NCBI GenBank assembly: GCA_002189035.1
Contig: NEEC01000002.1
Coordinates: 5,828,001-5,892,000, forward strand
Direction: 5' to 3'
Origin: Utricularia gibba
Lineage: Eukaryota; Plantae; Magnoliophyta
DNA length: 64,000 nucleotides
Under the pieces are notes generated by a model. The model ran no database searches, was not told the origin of the DNA, and saw only the letters and a program-made list of their open reading frames with translations. Of this stretch, positions 23,153-39,586 are shown one piece after another. How positions within the stretch are numbered: position 1 is the stretch's first letter; each line of letters opens with the position of its first letter. The translations under genes were made by a program, and so were the position numbers.

Positions 23153-25390
23153 CTTTGTAATTGTGTAGTTTGTAGTAATATTTGATGGAAGCTAGCGGTA
23201 TATATACAAGCCACCATAAGGAAAAAAAAATTATGAGAATTGAGTTTGTTACAATAACTTAAGTGTTAATAATAAAGTTACATTTATATAAAAAAAATTT
23301 CCACCGAAAAAACTGTAAAACCGTAAGAAAATTAGGTAACTAAAAAATGAATAATATCGTTCAAATGAAATAAGAGTAACAATATTTGATTACGACCACA
23401 AGGATTATGATAATACAAAATATAGCATATTAGAATATATGACCTACATTGTTATTTGTAGGTAAAAAAAGTTATATTTATAATAATTATAAATAAATAT
23501 ATTTAAAATATGAATTTAATGTGGAAATTTTTAACCTATAATAGTATTGTATGGCTTGAAGCACGCTCATTCAATCTATAATATAAGGATATATGCATAC
23601 TTAGTTGAATAGCTGTCCTCATGAGAATGTTTTCTATGTTCCAATCATAGAGAATTGTAATTATTTGCCTTTATATTGATGATTGAATTTTCAATGACTT
23701 AGAAATGGAAGGTGTAGATGAGTTCAAGAACAATATGTAATAGAAATTTGAAATGATAGATTTAGGCCTCATGCCATTTTACTTAAAACTTTTAAGTAAG
23801 GCAGAAACATATAGCGTACCTTCCTTTCTCAAACATGGTTCACTAAGGATAGATATTCTGAAAAAATTTCATGTAAAAAAAATAGATGCAATAAGAATAT
23901 TTCTCAGAAATGTCATTACTCCTAATACTACTCTCAGTCCAAGCATGTTAATTTTTCATGTTTTGATGTAATACTATGAACACACTTATTGAATCCGGAA
24001 TTAATTATTCTCTAATGATATATTTGTTGAACAAGTAGATACTTCAACTTATAGAAGATTTAATTGGGAGTTTGAGGTTGTTATGTTTGATATAGCTTCT
24101 TGAAAAAAAATACTAAATTGAGGTTTTTTAACTTTTTAAAAATAAAAAATATTTCTAAATTTTTAAATTTTTTGAAGTGTAAATCACTAATGCTATATAG
24201 CAAAATTGTTATTAGAACATTTTCCAGAAGTATAATTTTTTTTTTCAAATAAAACCTAATATACCTTATAAATGTTAATTCTAGCATGCATTTTGGAGTA
24301 CTCCTAGTGTATGGATTCGTGGAAAAACCAACTCAACTCACACACTGCATGAATTCTGCAGACCTTATATTAAAAGCACTATTGATTATGGTTTGCGGTA
24401 TGGAGGATCTGAAAATTTTGAGTTAAATGGTCTTAGTGATAGTGATGAGCAGATAAAAAAGATGATTAAAACAACACAGAAGGTGTTATGTTCTTTATAA
24501 GAAACTCAATTTTTATATAAAATTCAAAGAAGCAACTCTTTCTATTTGTAAAGATGAGTATGTTAAAAAGAGTGTATTACAAATGTGGTCATTTATAATA
24601 CAGAAAATTCACATAAAAGTGGTTATCCTTAAAAAAAAATTTCTAAATATGTGAGATAGAATGAGAAGGTGGTCACATTTATAAATGAAACGTATGGTAA
24701 ATATCTTTGTTTGGGTCATATTTTTACTTGAAGGGACTGTAACCATTGAATATATTGCTGCAAATCTACCATTACCATATGAAAGAACCCTGCGATGCAT
24801 GAGCAAAGCAACACACATTGAAACCAGGCAGGTTTCATTTTATCAAAGATAAAGAGATTAAGCTGCTGTGTCGAACATAGAAGCCGCTTCTTTGATCCCC
24901 TCCCACCGCCGCCAGTCATTTATTTTGTCAACGCAGTGTACTTTGCTTCTTGTACAAATATCGTCCATGTTGAAATGAAACGCCAGTCGATGCCTCATGG
25001 GGTGTGCACTTTGAAGTGATCAATTGAATGGTCGGTTCTGAAAATTTTTTCCTGATACGGAGGTTAGGTGTTTGGGTGCTTTTTACCAGTCTAAGTGATA
25101 ATGGCTCTATGGAGCTTCTGCTGCAACAAGGATAACAAGTACTCGGAAACGAAAGGAAACTGATGGGGATCAGATGAAGGTGCTTTAATCATTCAGAAAG
25201 GTTTAGTCCCATTTCTGAAGTTGATGAGAATGGAGGAAGGGATACAACTCTGGCTTGGAAACCAAACCCCCCATCTACGTCTACCAACGACTACAGGCAA
25301 AACAAGTTCAGAAAGCAAAAGTTTTGAAGCCTCCCTCCATCAGTATTCACCCCCATTCAGCAAAAACCACCATGGAATTGCTGGTGTATT

Positions 25391-26759
25391 CTACGTATTG
25401 GATGAGTGGGCAGCCAGCTTTGTGTGGCTGTGTTCCCCTTCATAAGTCACGATCAGCATCGATGGTTCGTCTACGCATCTCTCAACATGTTTCCTCGCAG
25501 GGCACCCTCTAACACTGCTGCACTTGTAGTAACCCCTGCAAGCGAAAACAGGCTCACAAGGTTTGTATGATGTGTGTGAAAATCTATTTTAAACATCAGA
25601 TTTCAGTGAAATCATTGCAAGGGAGTGTTTTGCTAGGAAATAAACTTGAAAAGAGTAACCCTCATACAATCCCCTATCTCTGATTGGAAGTTCAGCTACC
25701 TTAGCACAAAGGTAAAAACGCAGTAATGCAGATCCCATGACAGAGCATAAACAAATCACTTCCAAACACCCCCTGTTAACGCCTTGCAAAAGTCATTTGA
25801 AAACTAGGATATCGCAAGCTCCAAGCAAACATATGTAACATGAAAATCCGCAAAGACATTAGCCAAGCTATTATACCTAGGATGAGGAGACCCCTTGATG
25901 GGTTTCTGGCCATATTTTCTCCAAGAGTACTCATCTGGTGGGATATCAGCTAACTTATTGCTGATAGCAGGAACCTTGATTGACCTTTTGATCCTGTGCT
26001 TCCTGTGTATATGCAAAAAACAGAGAAACTCAGACTCATCTCCATGATGAGAAGCACAAACATACTCAAAAGCAGTAACCTTTTCTTGGAACAATGGCAT
26101 TTTCCACTTCCTCCACATTTAACGCGTCCATCATCCCCTCTGGCAGAGCACTTTCTCTTGTGATGATCAGAGCTCTGATCAGCTGACTTGGAGGCCCCAA
26201 TCAAACGAAAATTTCTACCATCCAAATTAGGAACACTCGCATCTACGCTCAACGAAGAGATAAAGGACCTAGTGCAAGATGAGCTATCAAAATTCAGGCT
26301 AACGCCACTAATGCTCCTCTCATACATCCCCTCTGCATTATGCTGCTTCAACTGCTGCTGCTGCTGAAGCTGAAGGCGCTGCTGCTGAAGGTAATGGTAA
26401 TTCTGCAAAGGGGTTTGCGGGGGAAGATGCGCAATTTGCGGATGGGAGCCTAACTGCAGAGGAGGGTTGATTTGAAGAAGTTGAAGGGCCTTCGGCGGCG
26501 GCTCATCTGCTCCAGCCACCGGAGATTCTAAGAAAATAGTTTCTGGTAAATGGGTAGGGCCTCTCTTGCCTCTTCTCACTCTAGCATGCCCACAACCAGA
26601 ACCAAGAAGGGAAACAACCTTCTTAAACTTCTGCACAGCATCTTCTGTTTGGTCCGCCAAGCTCTCCCATTGGCTCTGGTCTTGATGCTGGGACAAGACA
26701 TTAATAACTCTATGGCAAGTAGCAACCGCTGCGTACGCCGCCATTTCCACCTCCTCCAT
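25391..26759 (-). CDS. WRKY21: WRKY transcription factor, group IId (WRKY21/39/74 clade), 316 aa; join(26759..26080, 26002..25877, 25535..25391)
   Basis: MEEVE start, HARVRR calmodulin-binding motif, zinc cluster [22 protein letters not shown], and [16 protein letters not shown]...YEGEHSH. The exact ortholog within the clade is uncertain. Confidence 0.93.
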
Positions 26760-28164
26760 ATCAGAAAACAATCCCCAGCCCAAACCCTTGTTCAAGATCA
26801 ATGAACCCTAACTTCGAAAGGCAGGGGACGGACTAACACCCACAAAAACAGAAAAATGGATCCCCAAGCATCGGAAAAACCACAAAACGCAGAAACTCAA
26901 TTCCCAACAAGAAGCAGAACCCAGCTTACCCCGGCACCATAAATTGAATTAAAGAGCGCAGAATTGAAAAAGAAGCATCAAAGCATGAAATTCAAACCCC
27001 CCCAAAAAAGTTGAAATTAAAGAAGAAGAAAGTGAAGCCCGGAGCCCGAGCGAGGGAGGACCTTTTGCAGAAAAATTATGATAGAAAATTAGGCTAGATT
27101 CTTTCAACCCCGACATAGGGGCTGACTAGGGAGAGAAAAGAAGTGATTGATGGGTGCCTGATAGGAGAGGAGGAGAAGACTTTTGCCTTGCTTTTGCCAG
27201 AGGACTCAGACAGAACAAACAAACAAGCAAGAAAAGCAATCCATCCACCCAAGGGAAGCAACGAAAATTACTTGTTTTTTTCGTTGGAAAAAATAATATT
27301 TAATTATTTCCGTTAATTTAAATGCGAGATATTCATTTAATATTACTCATATAAAAAAAATAACAAAAAATTATCGAATTTTATATTTTAAAAGGGCTCG
27401 AGTGGATAATATTAAAAAAAGGAAATACCGGAAGATGGGCTGCCCTGCCACTCTTGGAAGTGGAGCCCCGGATACGGCAATCGCGTGCGGGCCCATTTGA
27501 TATATTTAGAATTTTGAGTCGCGTCTCACTTTGGGTAGTGGGCCACGCCACCCCAAATCTCTTGTTTTATATTTCAGTTTCTACGGACCAAAATTAAAAA
27601 ATATATCAAATTAAAAATTATAAATTGTGCTAAGAAATTAAAATTTCGAAAATATAAACATAATTTTATTTACTTTTATATTGATTATAAAAATATTAAT
27701 GATGTGTTCAAAAAATATTAATTTTAACTGTACCAAAAATATTTTTGAATTTATACTGAATACAAAAATAGATTATTCATTACTTTTTAATTTAACCCAT
27801 TTTTCTCAAAAATAATTTTCAAACACTCTTAATTTTATTTATACTTTTATAAATTATTTTTTTACTTTTCTATAAATAAAAATAAATTCAAAATTTTTTC
27901 CAGAAGACTAAATTATTTTGCTTTTTTATGTCAAAAATCTAAAATTTCTAAAAAAATTTAAAAGCCCCACAAACGCAGAAATTAATTGGTATTTAAAATG
28001 CATTCTACACTGCTTTGTTTTGAATTTCAAAATATGCATTAATTAGGAGGGATTCTAAATACCTGGAACTCCGGCCTCTGGGTTTGAATGAACGAACTAC
28101 AAGAGCATTCTGCATTAGAAATGCACAGTCGCACAAAAATAGGATACCGCACAGCAGTTGTTCA

Positions 28165-29859
28165 CTATGCCGCTGTATAGTGATGCAGCTTGTATAGCAG
28201 AACTTTTCCGGCAGCATTCCCAACAGTCAGGAAGCCTCCACGGGGGCTGAAGTCCATGCAACAGGGATACTGCAGAGAGTGATTGTGGCGAGGCCAGTTC
28301 TCGAACACGCTCAAGGAAGGCACATGGACAAGCCTCATGCTGTTCCTCATCATGCGAGAGCCTATCGCCAGGATCTGCGCGTCCGGGTTGAACTTCATGA
28401 AGTCCACGCTCTCTGTCAAGTTCTTGAAGGATTTCAGAGGCTTCTTTTTGCCGTTCAGGAACTGTTCCCTGTTGTAGAGGTTCACGACCCCGCTGCTTGA
28501 GCCTGCAGCGAACAAGCTTCTGTCGGGAGAGATGCAGAGGGATGTGCCCTTGAGGCAGCCTTCGTCGACGCCGATGTGCATGCATGACATCTTTTGCATG
28601 TCCCACACGTAGACGCGTCCGTCGTCACCGGAACTCAGAAGCTGCTTGCTGTCACTGGTGAAGGCTAGTGATCGGACTGCTGCATGCATTTTCAGTGTCC
28701 CGATCATCTCCTTTGTCTTTGTGGAAGCTAATAGGATATGGCCTTCGTTGCCGAGGAATGCAATGGTTTTTGAGTCAGGGCTTACCTCGAAGGATTCCAA
28801 GCTTTTTTCATCTCTTCCAATGAAAGGGCCGAATTTGCTTATCTTTGCTTCGACTAAATCGAAGGCGTAGGCAAACTTTCGTCGTCCAGACACAATGACC
28901 TGGGATCCATCAGGCAGGAATGCGGCCTTGCGAATAGGACAGTCTTCTAGGAAAATGCTTTGTACTAACTCGTTCTTCTTGCCATCAATTTGGAAGAATT
29001 TGAGGGTCTTATCCAAGCCACCAACAAGCAGCAGCTCAGCATTGTTGTGGAACTGAACAGAATTGATGGGAGCATCTGAAGAATAATTCACATTAGCATT
29101 CACCAATTTTGAAAACTCGAGAATCCGAGGTAATAACTTCACACCCCTTTTCGAGATAAGATCTTCATTTGTTGTTAGAATGCCATCATCATCAACAAGG
29201 TCCTGATACCGATTGTTTACTACCATACCATCTTCTTGATCAGAATCATCATCATCGTCATCATCATACTTTCTCCGGTGATTATCAGGCTGACTCCACT
29301 CAGTTCCTGGGTTCATCTTAGCATGCTGTGCTCGCAATCTTGAGACATATGCAGAACCAGAAATGACGGTTTCACCATCTACCTTCCTCAGCTTTCGTAA
29401 TTTGTTGACTTGTGCTATATCAACGGTAATTTTCTCCTCTTCATCATCAACCCATACAGGTCTTCCTTGTTTCTTTTCTAGCTGAACGATATTTTCCTCG
29501 GCACTGTCAAGCTCCTCCTTATGCGCAGACAACATACTATTCGCGGATTTATCGGTGAAGAACAAAGCGCATTCGTTGTCACTTTCATCACTAGTTTCAG
29601 CATCTTGCTTCCCAAACTTGATTGGATGGTGCAATGAACCAAATAAAGCTTGTTCAAGCCGCTCCATTTCCTGCTCCTCAGCCTTGCACACTTCTTTCCC
29701 TCGCTTCCTTTTCCCACTTGCTTCATCCAGAACTATCTCCTTTCTAGCGTCGCCATTCCCTCCGGCTTCTTCCTCAAAAACATCCTTTTCCTTCTTTTTC
29801 ACAGATTTTTTCTTACGCAACCCACTCACTGAAGCATTTGATGAGATTGACTCCATCAT
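28165..29859 (-). CDS. UTP18: U3 snoRNA-associated protein 18 homolog (WD40), single coding exon, about 564 aa; probable 5' UTR intron 29881-30060
   Basis: EMERLEQALFG, PVWVDDEEE, YVSRLRAQHAKMNPGTEW, WD40 repeats, and the C-terminal LSVFENWP...GNAAGKVLLYKLHHY. Confidence 0.93.
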   Translation of the reverse strand: MMESISSNASVSGLRKKKSVKKKEKDVFEEEAGGNGDARKEIVLDEASGKRKRGKEVCKAEEQEMERLEQALFGSLHHPIKFGKQDAETSDESDNECALFFTDKSANSMLSAHKEELDSAEENIVQLEKKQGRPVWVDDEEEKITVDIAQVNKLRKLRKVDGETVISGSAYVSRLRAQHAKMNPGTEWSQPDNHRRKYDDDDDDDSDQEDGMVVNNRYQDLVDDDGILTTNEDLISKRGVKLLPRILEFSKLVNANVNYSSDAPINSVQFHNNAELLLVGGLDKTLKFFQIDGKKNELVQSIFLEDCPIRKAAFLPDGSQVIVSGRRKFAYAFDLVEAKISKFGPFIGRDEKSLESFEVSPDSKTIAFLGNEGHILLASTKTKEMIGTLKMHAAVRSLAFTSDSKQLLSSGDDGRVYVWDMQKMSCMHIGVDEGCLKGTSLCISPDRSLFAAGSSSGVVNLYNREQFLNGKKKPLKSFKNLTESVDFMKFNPDAQILAIGSRMMRNSMRLVHVPSLSVFENWPRHNHSLQYPCCMDFSPRGGFLTVGNAAGKVLLYKLHHYTAA

Positions 29860-30763
29860 CACCAACGGAACAAACAGCCTCTGCAAGATAATCGGAAAAT
29901 CAGAATACCAGTCAGTGATCAATTTTTATGAAATCAATTCATATTCACCAAATAAACAAGCAGATTCTAAAAGGATACCGAAGGATCACAAAAAAAACAA
30001 TACAAGAAGGAAATTAGGGCTACGAATCGACTCGCCAGTTGAGAAAAGAACGACACTCACAGCTTATTCTTCTTTCCTAGTGCTTAGAAATGGTAGCCAC
30101 GTTTCGTTTCTGTATGATATGGCGGGTGTGGTTGTCCGGCGGAGGCGGAGGCGGCGTCGAGGATGCGCAACGCTGTATGTTCTGACCTAATTCATTATAG
30201 AAAAACATTTGGGCCAATTTCAGACTTCGTAAGTGGGCTTCTTTGGTTTGCTTTTCATTAAAATTATTATATTTAATGGTAGAGTATATTATTATTTAAA
30301 AAATATTTTTTTGAATTATGAATTATTTAGAATTGCATTAAATTCGAATTCTTTTAAAATAAAAACTTTTTATAATTTAATCACTATTTTCACTATTTAC
30401 GATCAATTTTCGAAATGATCACTTTATTTTTTTCGTAAAAAAAATTAAAAAATAAGCTATTCAATTATGATTACCCAAATTAAGAATGGTATATACATGG
30501 ATCATGATTTTTTAATTATTAAAAAATAAAAATTATGGAATAGACTACCAAAATAATTATTATACTTATATTTTTAAATATAAATTATTTACATTAAAAA
30601 ACGAATAAAATGATTTATATACTTTTAAATTACGATAATAGAAAATAGAGAAAGGTTACGGGAATCTTCTCCCCCTTCCCTGTGTTATCTGCATTCTCTG
30701 CTCCTGAACAGCTACCTGCCTTCGGTGAGAAGCTTATGTGGAAGCCATTAGGCCTCACTCTAA

Positions 30764-30769
30764 CATGCA
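30764..30769 (+). promoter_or_regulatory. RY element (CATGCA) in the 11S globulin promoter
   Basis: CATGCA lies about 95 bp upstream of the ATG, with TATAAGTA at 30809-30816. RY boxes are the established B3 (FUS3/ABI3) sites of seed storage protein genes. Confidence 0.6.
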
Positions 30770-30861
30770 CACCGCAGAATGGCACTCCTTCTCCACCGCC
30801 CAATTTCGTATAAGTATCCCCATTCCCTGTTTCACATCATCCACATCCACATTTCATCGCC

Positions 30862-32402
30862 ATGGCTACGAAGCTCGAGTTCCTCTTCCTCACTCTTGTG
30901 CCTCTGCTTCTTTTCTCCTCAGTCGCCATAGAAGCGGTGTCCGAGGGAGACAGGGCCGCTGCAACATCGACAAAATCGACGCCCGTGAACCGTCCTACAC
31001 CCGGAAAGCAGAAGGCGGCGTCTCTGAGTTCTGGGATCACAGCAACGATGAGTTCCAGTGCGCCGGAGTTACCATCCACCGCCACCGACTCCGCCAAAAT
31101 GCTCTCATGCTCCCGGCTTACCACAACGCTCCGGTTCTCGCTTACATTGTTCAGGGTCAGTACATTTATATTTATCGATAGGGTGATTCTTCAACGTGAG
31201 AGAGATAAGTGGTAGACTGTTTACTGCAGGCCGGGGTATATTCGGGTTGATGATTTCGGGTTGCCCTGAAACCTACGAGTCGCCGCAAGAATGGGGGAGA
31301 GCACCGGTGAAGGCGGGAGGAGATTCAGGGATAGGCATCAGAAGGTTGGGCATTTCAGGGAGGGAGATATTATTGCGATCCCGGCTGGTGCTGCTCACTG
31401 GGCTTACAACAATGGCGATCAAGAACTCGTCGTGGTTTCTTTGCAGGACACCGCAAACTTCGCCAATCAACTCGATCGAACCCCCAGGGTAAATCAAAAT
31501 TGCATGGATCTGCAACATCAAATAATTGCAGAGCATGAAGTAATTCTAGTTTTTTTTTTTTTTCTCGTTAGTCTTTCTTCCTCGCCGGAAACCCGGAAAG
31601 AGGACAAGAACAGAGCTCGCGCAGAGGCAGCGGTGAGCATGAGTTTGGGAATGTTTTCCGGGGCTTCGATACCCGTTTGCTGTCGGAAATATTCCAAGTA
31701 AACGAGGAGACAGCAAGGAAGCTCCAGGGAGAGAATGATAACAGGGGCCATTTGGTCATCGTGGAGAGATCACTCCAAGTACTCTCTCCACCACTCCGCG
31801 GCGAGGAGAGAGAATACGATGAAGAGCCCATCAGAGGAAATGGACTAGAGGAGACAGTGTGCACCGCCAGAATCAGGGAGAACATCGACAGGCCTTCACG
31901 CGCCGACGTTTACAATCCACGCGCCGGTCGTTACAGCACCGCAAACAGCCTCACTCTCCCGATTCTCCGCTTTATCGGCCTCAGCGCCGCCAGAGGCGTT
32001 CTCCAAAAGAACGCAATAATGTCCCCACACTGGTACGTGAACGCCCACAGCATAGTCTACTTCACGCGGGGACAGGGCAGAGCGCAGGTGGTGAACCACC
32101 GCGGAGAAGCGGTGTTCGACGGGCAGGTGAAGGAAGGTCAAGTCTTGGTGGTACCATTCAACTTTGCGGTCGTGAAGCAGGCGTCGGAACAGGAGAATCT
32201 CGAGTGGGTGGAGTTCAACACTAACCACAATGCAATGATCAATACACTCAGCGGCCGGACATCCGCCCTTCGCGCGATGCCGGCAGATGTCCTCGCGGCG
32301 GCGTATCAGATTCCCAGGGAGGAGGCGCAGAGGCTCAAATTCTCCAGGGTGGAGACCTTCTTCAGCACCGGCAGGAGCAGCCGCGGGAAGGCGTCAGCCT
32401 AA
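30862..32402 (+). CDS. 11S globulin (legumin-type) seed storage protein; join(30862..31155, 31230..31488, 31572..32402); two -1 frameshifts as assembled
   Basis: Signal peptide, [38 protein letters not shown], the NG|LEETVC cleavage site and cupin domains. Frame breaks near 30945-30947 and 31293-31297. Confidence 0.93.
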
Positions 32403-34251
32403 ATGTATCCATCGGGTTTTTGTGGGAATAATGTTGCATGCAAAACGGAATAAATGATGAGACCTGAAACTTAACACTTTGCCACCAAAGTTATCATCTT
32501 TCACTTCATCAGATAAACCCTTACATCGAGCATTTGGACTCCAGATTCTGTTCACAAACCGATTGAAACCGCATTCATGTTACCTCTCATATATCTGAGA
32601 AGTTCAAGTTTATAGAAGGAGCGTAGATAGTGATCACTGATATACTACGAAGCACCTTTCATCGTTTGGACAAATGAATTGGTATTCTTTTTTCAACAAT
32701 ACCTTTTGATTTATTATCAATTATCACTGATTTTAATAAAATTTTGTTTTTTATATTAATAAAATGATAAAAATAATAAATTTTAGATATTTTTAAATTT
32801 TTCGTATCAGTATGCATATCCATAGTAATTATTTTTTACAGTTATATGTAAACTTCAATAGCTTATTGGATATGCTGGGGGCATTACAAACGCTTTTGAG
32901 GTTTATCATTGTAAACATGGTTATGCATTGTCCTGAAATTCTATAATCTCAACATTGGGGACGACTCCTATTAAAATAAGCAATCTTATGTTAAAAAATC
33001 AAAATGAAATAATCAAATATATAAAAAATTATAAATCAATAATAATTGATTGAATTTAATTTTTTATAATATGATACATACTTTTTGTATACGTAGGTTT
33101 CACATATATTTATTCGATTAATCGAATTCTTAATTTCAATAGTTTTTATAAACATCTGCTTCGCTAGCCATGGAAGAGCAACAACCCGTTGAGCATTTTC
33201 AACTTGTTGGTAATCGACTGCTTTGGTGACGGCATTTATGCAGGTCTCCCCACCCACACGCAGCATCATGCTCCAATTGGAGTTCTTGCAGTTTGAGTGG
33301 TCATGACCGTTAGTGATAGAAGTTGTGTTTCATTCCTTATCTGAGCATCCGGATCCGTTGGTCTACAAGGCAGATGAATACTTGTCCATACAATTGCGTC
33401 TCTATTTAAGTTTCCTTTTTTTTTTTTTGTTTATATCAAATAAATACATATTCTATTTAATAAACATATCTTATAAATATATAATTAAAATATTATTGTT
33501 TTTTATAATATTTAAAGGAATAAGAAAATTTATTAAAAAAGTAAATAAGATTTAATAAATCATGTAAATATTTTATAAATCACATACACATTAAAAATAG
33601 GTATACCAAATAAAGTAATTTCCAATATTTATAAAGATAAATAAAATCTATTAGATTATTGTGTCAACTTTTTAGTTTTAAGGTAAAAAGAATAACATGC
33701 CAAATGTGAGATTTATAATTGGTAATAATTATAATTATGTTAATGAATTATTTTGCGGATAAAAAAGATAATTACTTTTTTATTTATCATATCCTGAATA
33801 ACAAAATCAGAGGATTCCACGTTTCGCTGTCATGCACCTGTCGCCGTCTGCTGCGCTCCTCTCCTCTTTTTCTCTTTTATTTTGTCTAATCGTCTCTCGC
33901 ACGCGTTTAGCGTTTCCCTCACCGCAGATCTCTGCCTCCGTCCCGGAGTGCAACTTAACTCGCCATGGATCATGGTTTTTCTAATGAATCCTCTAGGATT
34001 CCATGATTCAGCGAGGATCGGATAAGACTTTCTCAATTCACGTCTCCTCTTGAGGGTTTCTGTTCATATCGACGATGCGGCGTGGCTGAACCGGCGCTAA
34101 AAAGCAAGCGATCGGCAATTTGTGTTCTCTTTTATTGGCTTATGTGGTTGAGTTCACCTAATTCTGTTACTTTGCGATTTTTTGTGAAAGATTATTTGAG
34201 ATTCGGGTGTATTTGGTGTTTTTGAGCCTTGACTGGTTCCGGGTAGTTGAT

Positions 34252-38022
<3,771 letters not shown>

Positions 38023-39586
38023 ACCGGGTAAGCTTGCTTGTGTTAAAAAACCAGTGTGGGAAGGGAAAAAGAATCCCACCCTTTTCATCTCTTTCTTCAT
38101 ATCCTCTTTCCCTCCCTCCCTCTTGGGTGGGGTGGCGGGACTGGATGAGAAGACAGTAATCTTGACTTGTCGTGCTCATTGTAAAAAGACGTGTTGTGGG
38201 GGCACTTAGAGAGCTGGCATTTGTTGCAGTTGCATGCCTCAAGGATGCACGGAATGAGGTGTCAAATTTTCCATTTTTCAGACACAAGATTCTATGTAAT
38301 GTCAACAGTATTATTATTATAATGCATTTGTTTCTGTGATTCAGTTTAATCCAGCTGCTCTGTGGGTTTTTCTCCACGCCTTTCGGGCCTGAAACACTGC
38401 TTTCGCGATGGCTAACCCCAGATGACTAGCTGGGAGAGAAAACTAGGTGTAGAATAAAAAGGAGAATTGGTGTCATATAACCGGTAAAACAGATAGTAAA
38501 AAGAGAAATATATTCTGTTGAAAACATTAGAAAAAAAGTAAAGAAAGAAATTTGAGAAAATGAATTAAGGGTATGTTCTAACCTACTTTTAAAATAATAA
38601 CTTCTTTTTATTAAGAAGTAGAAGTTAAAAAAAGAAGTATAAATTAGAAGTTATTTTTTGATAAATTATAAATTATATTTCAGTACTTATATTGATTTTT
38701 AGTTCTCATTTTTATATCAAATTCTCAATCTATCCTCTAGTTAAAAATATATTTTTATTTTGAGGAATAAATATATAACTTTATAGTAAAGAAGTAGAAA
38801 TAAGAAATTAGAAGTAACTTAAAATAAATTCTCATATTTCATATATTTGATAAGCAGGAGAAGTAGTTGATAAGTTAAAAGTAGAAATGTGAATGTTGTT
38901 TTGTTCTGACATTTTATTCTAATTTTTTTTGGAAGTAAAAGTAAAAAAAAAAAAAAAAAAAACTAGATTATAACATGCTCTAACATTCAAAATAAGCAAA
39001 ATATATGCTTTTGGATTTAGTGTTATTTTTTAAAAAATAAGAATACACTGAAATATATGTTGGTATATATGATTGATAAATAAACCATACTCCATTTCCT
39101 GTGTTTGAAGGTGTCCTCAATTAAGAGTATATGATATGGGTGGTTGACTTTCTTATTAATACATTATATTAGAATAAATAATTTCATATCAGCAAATTGA
39201 AGTGAAATGTTAGTGTATAATATATTATAAATTACTAATAATGTTATATACTATTAGAATAAACAATTTCATATCAGTAAATTGAATGTAAATGGTGAAG
39301 TATATATTATATTACACATCATTAATAATGCTGTATAATATTAGAATAAATAATTTTGTATCAACAAATTGAATTTAAATGTTCAAATATATAATAAATT
39401 ACATATTATTATTAATTCGATATATCTAATCTTTTATAATATTATTCATATTTATTTATTACAAGTAATTGTAATAAAATAATATGAAAGTTGAAATTCT
39501 CCACGTCCAACTGATTTTATTCTGGTTGAAGGGAACAAATAGGGAATAACCGTTTTTACGCCTGGAACCTGATTCCTCACTTCTGA

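Noticed and set aside
22774-23217. 147-aa ORF as a single-exon gene
   Set aside because: It is an alternative frame over the two-exon FLZ gene, whose frame carries the conserved motif and canonical splice sites.
32450-32660. Possible box C/D snoRNA downstream of the 11S gene
   Set aside because: The TGATGA and CTGA motifs are not arranged with a terminal stem or a recognisable guide sequence.
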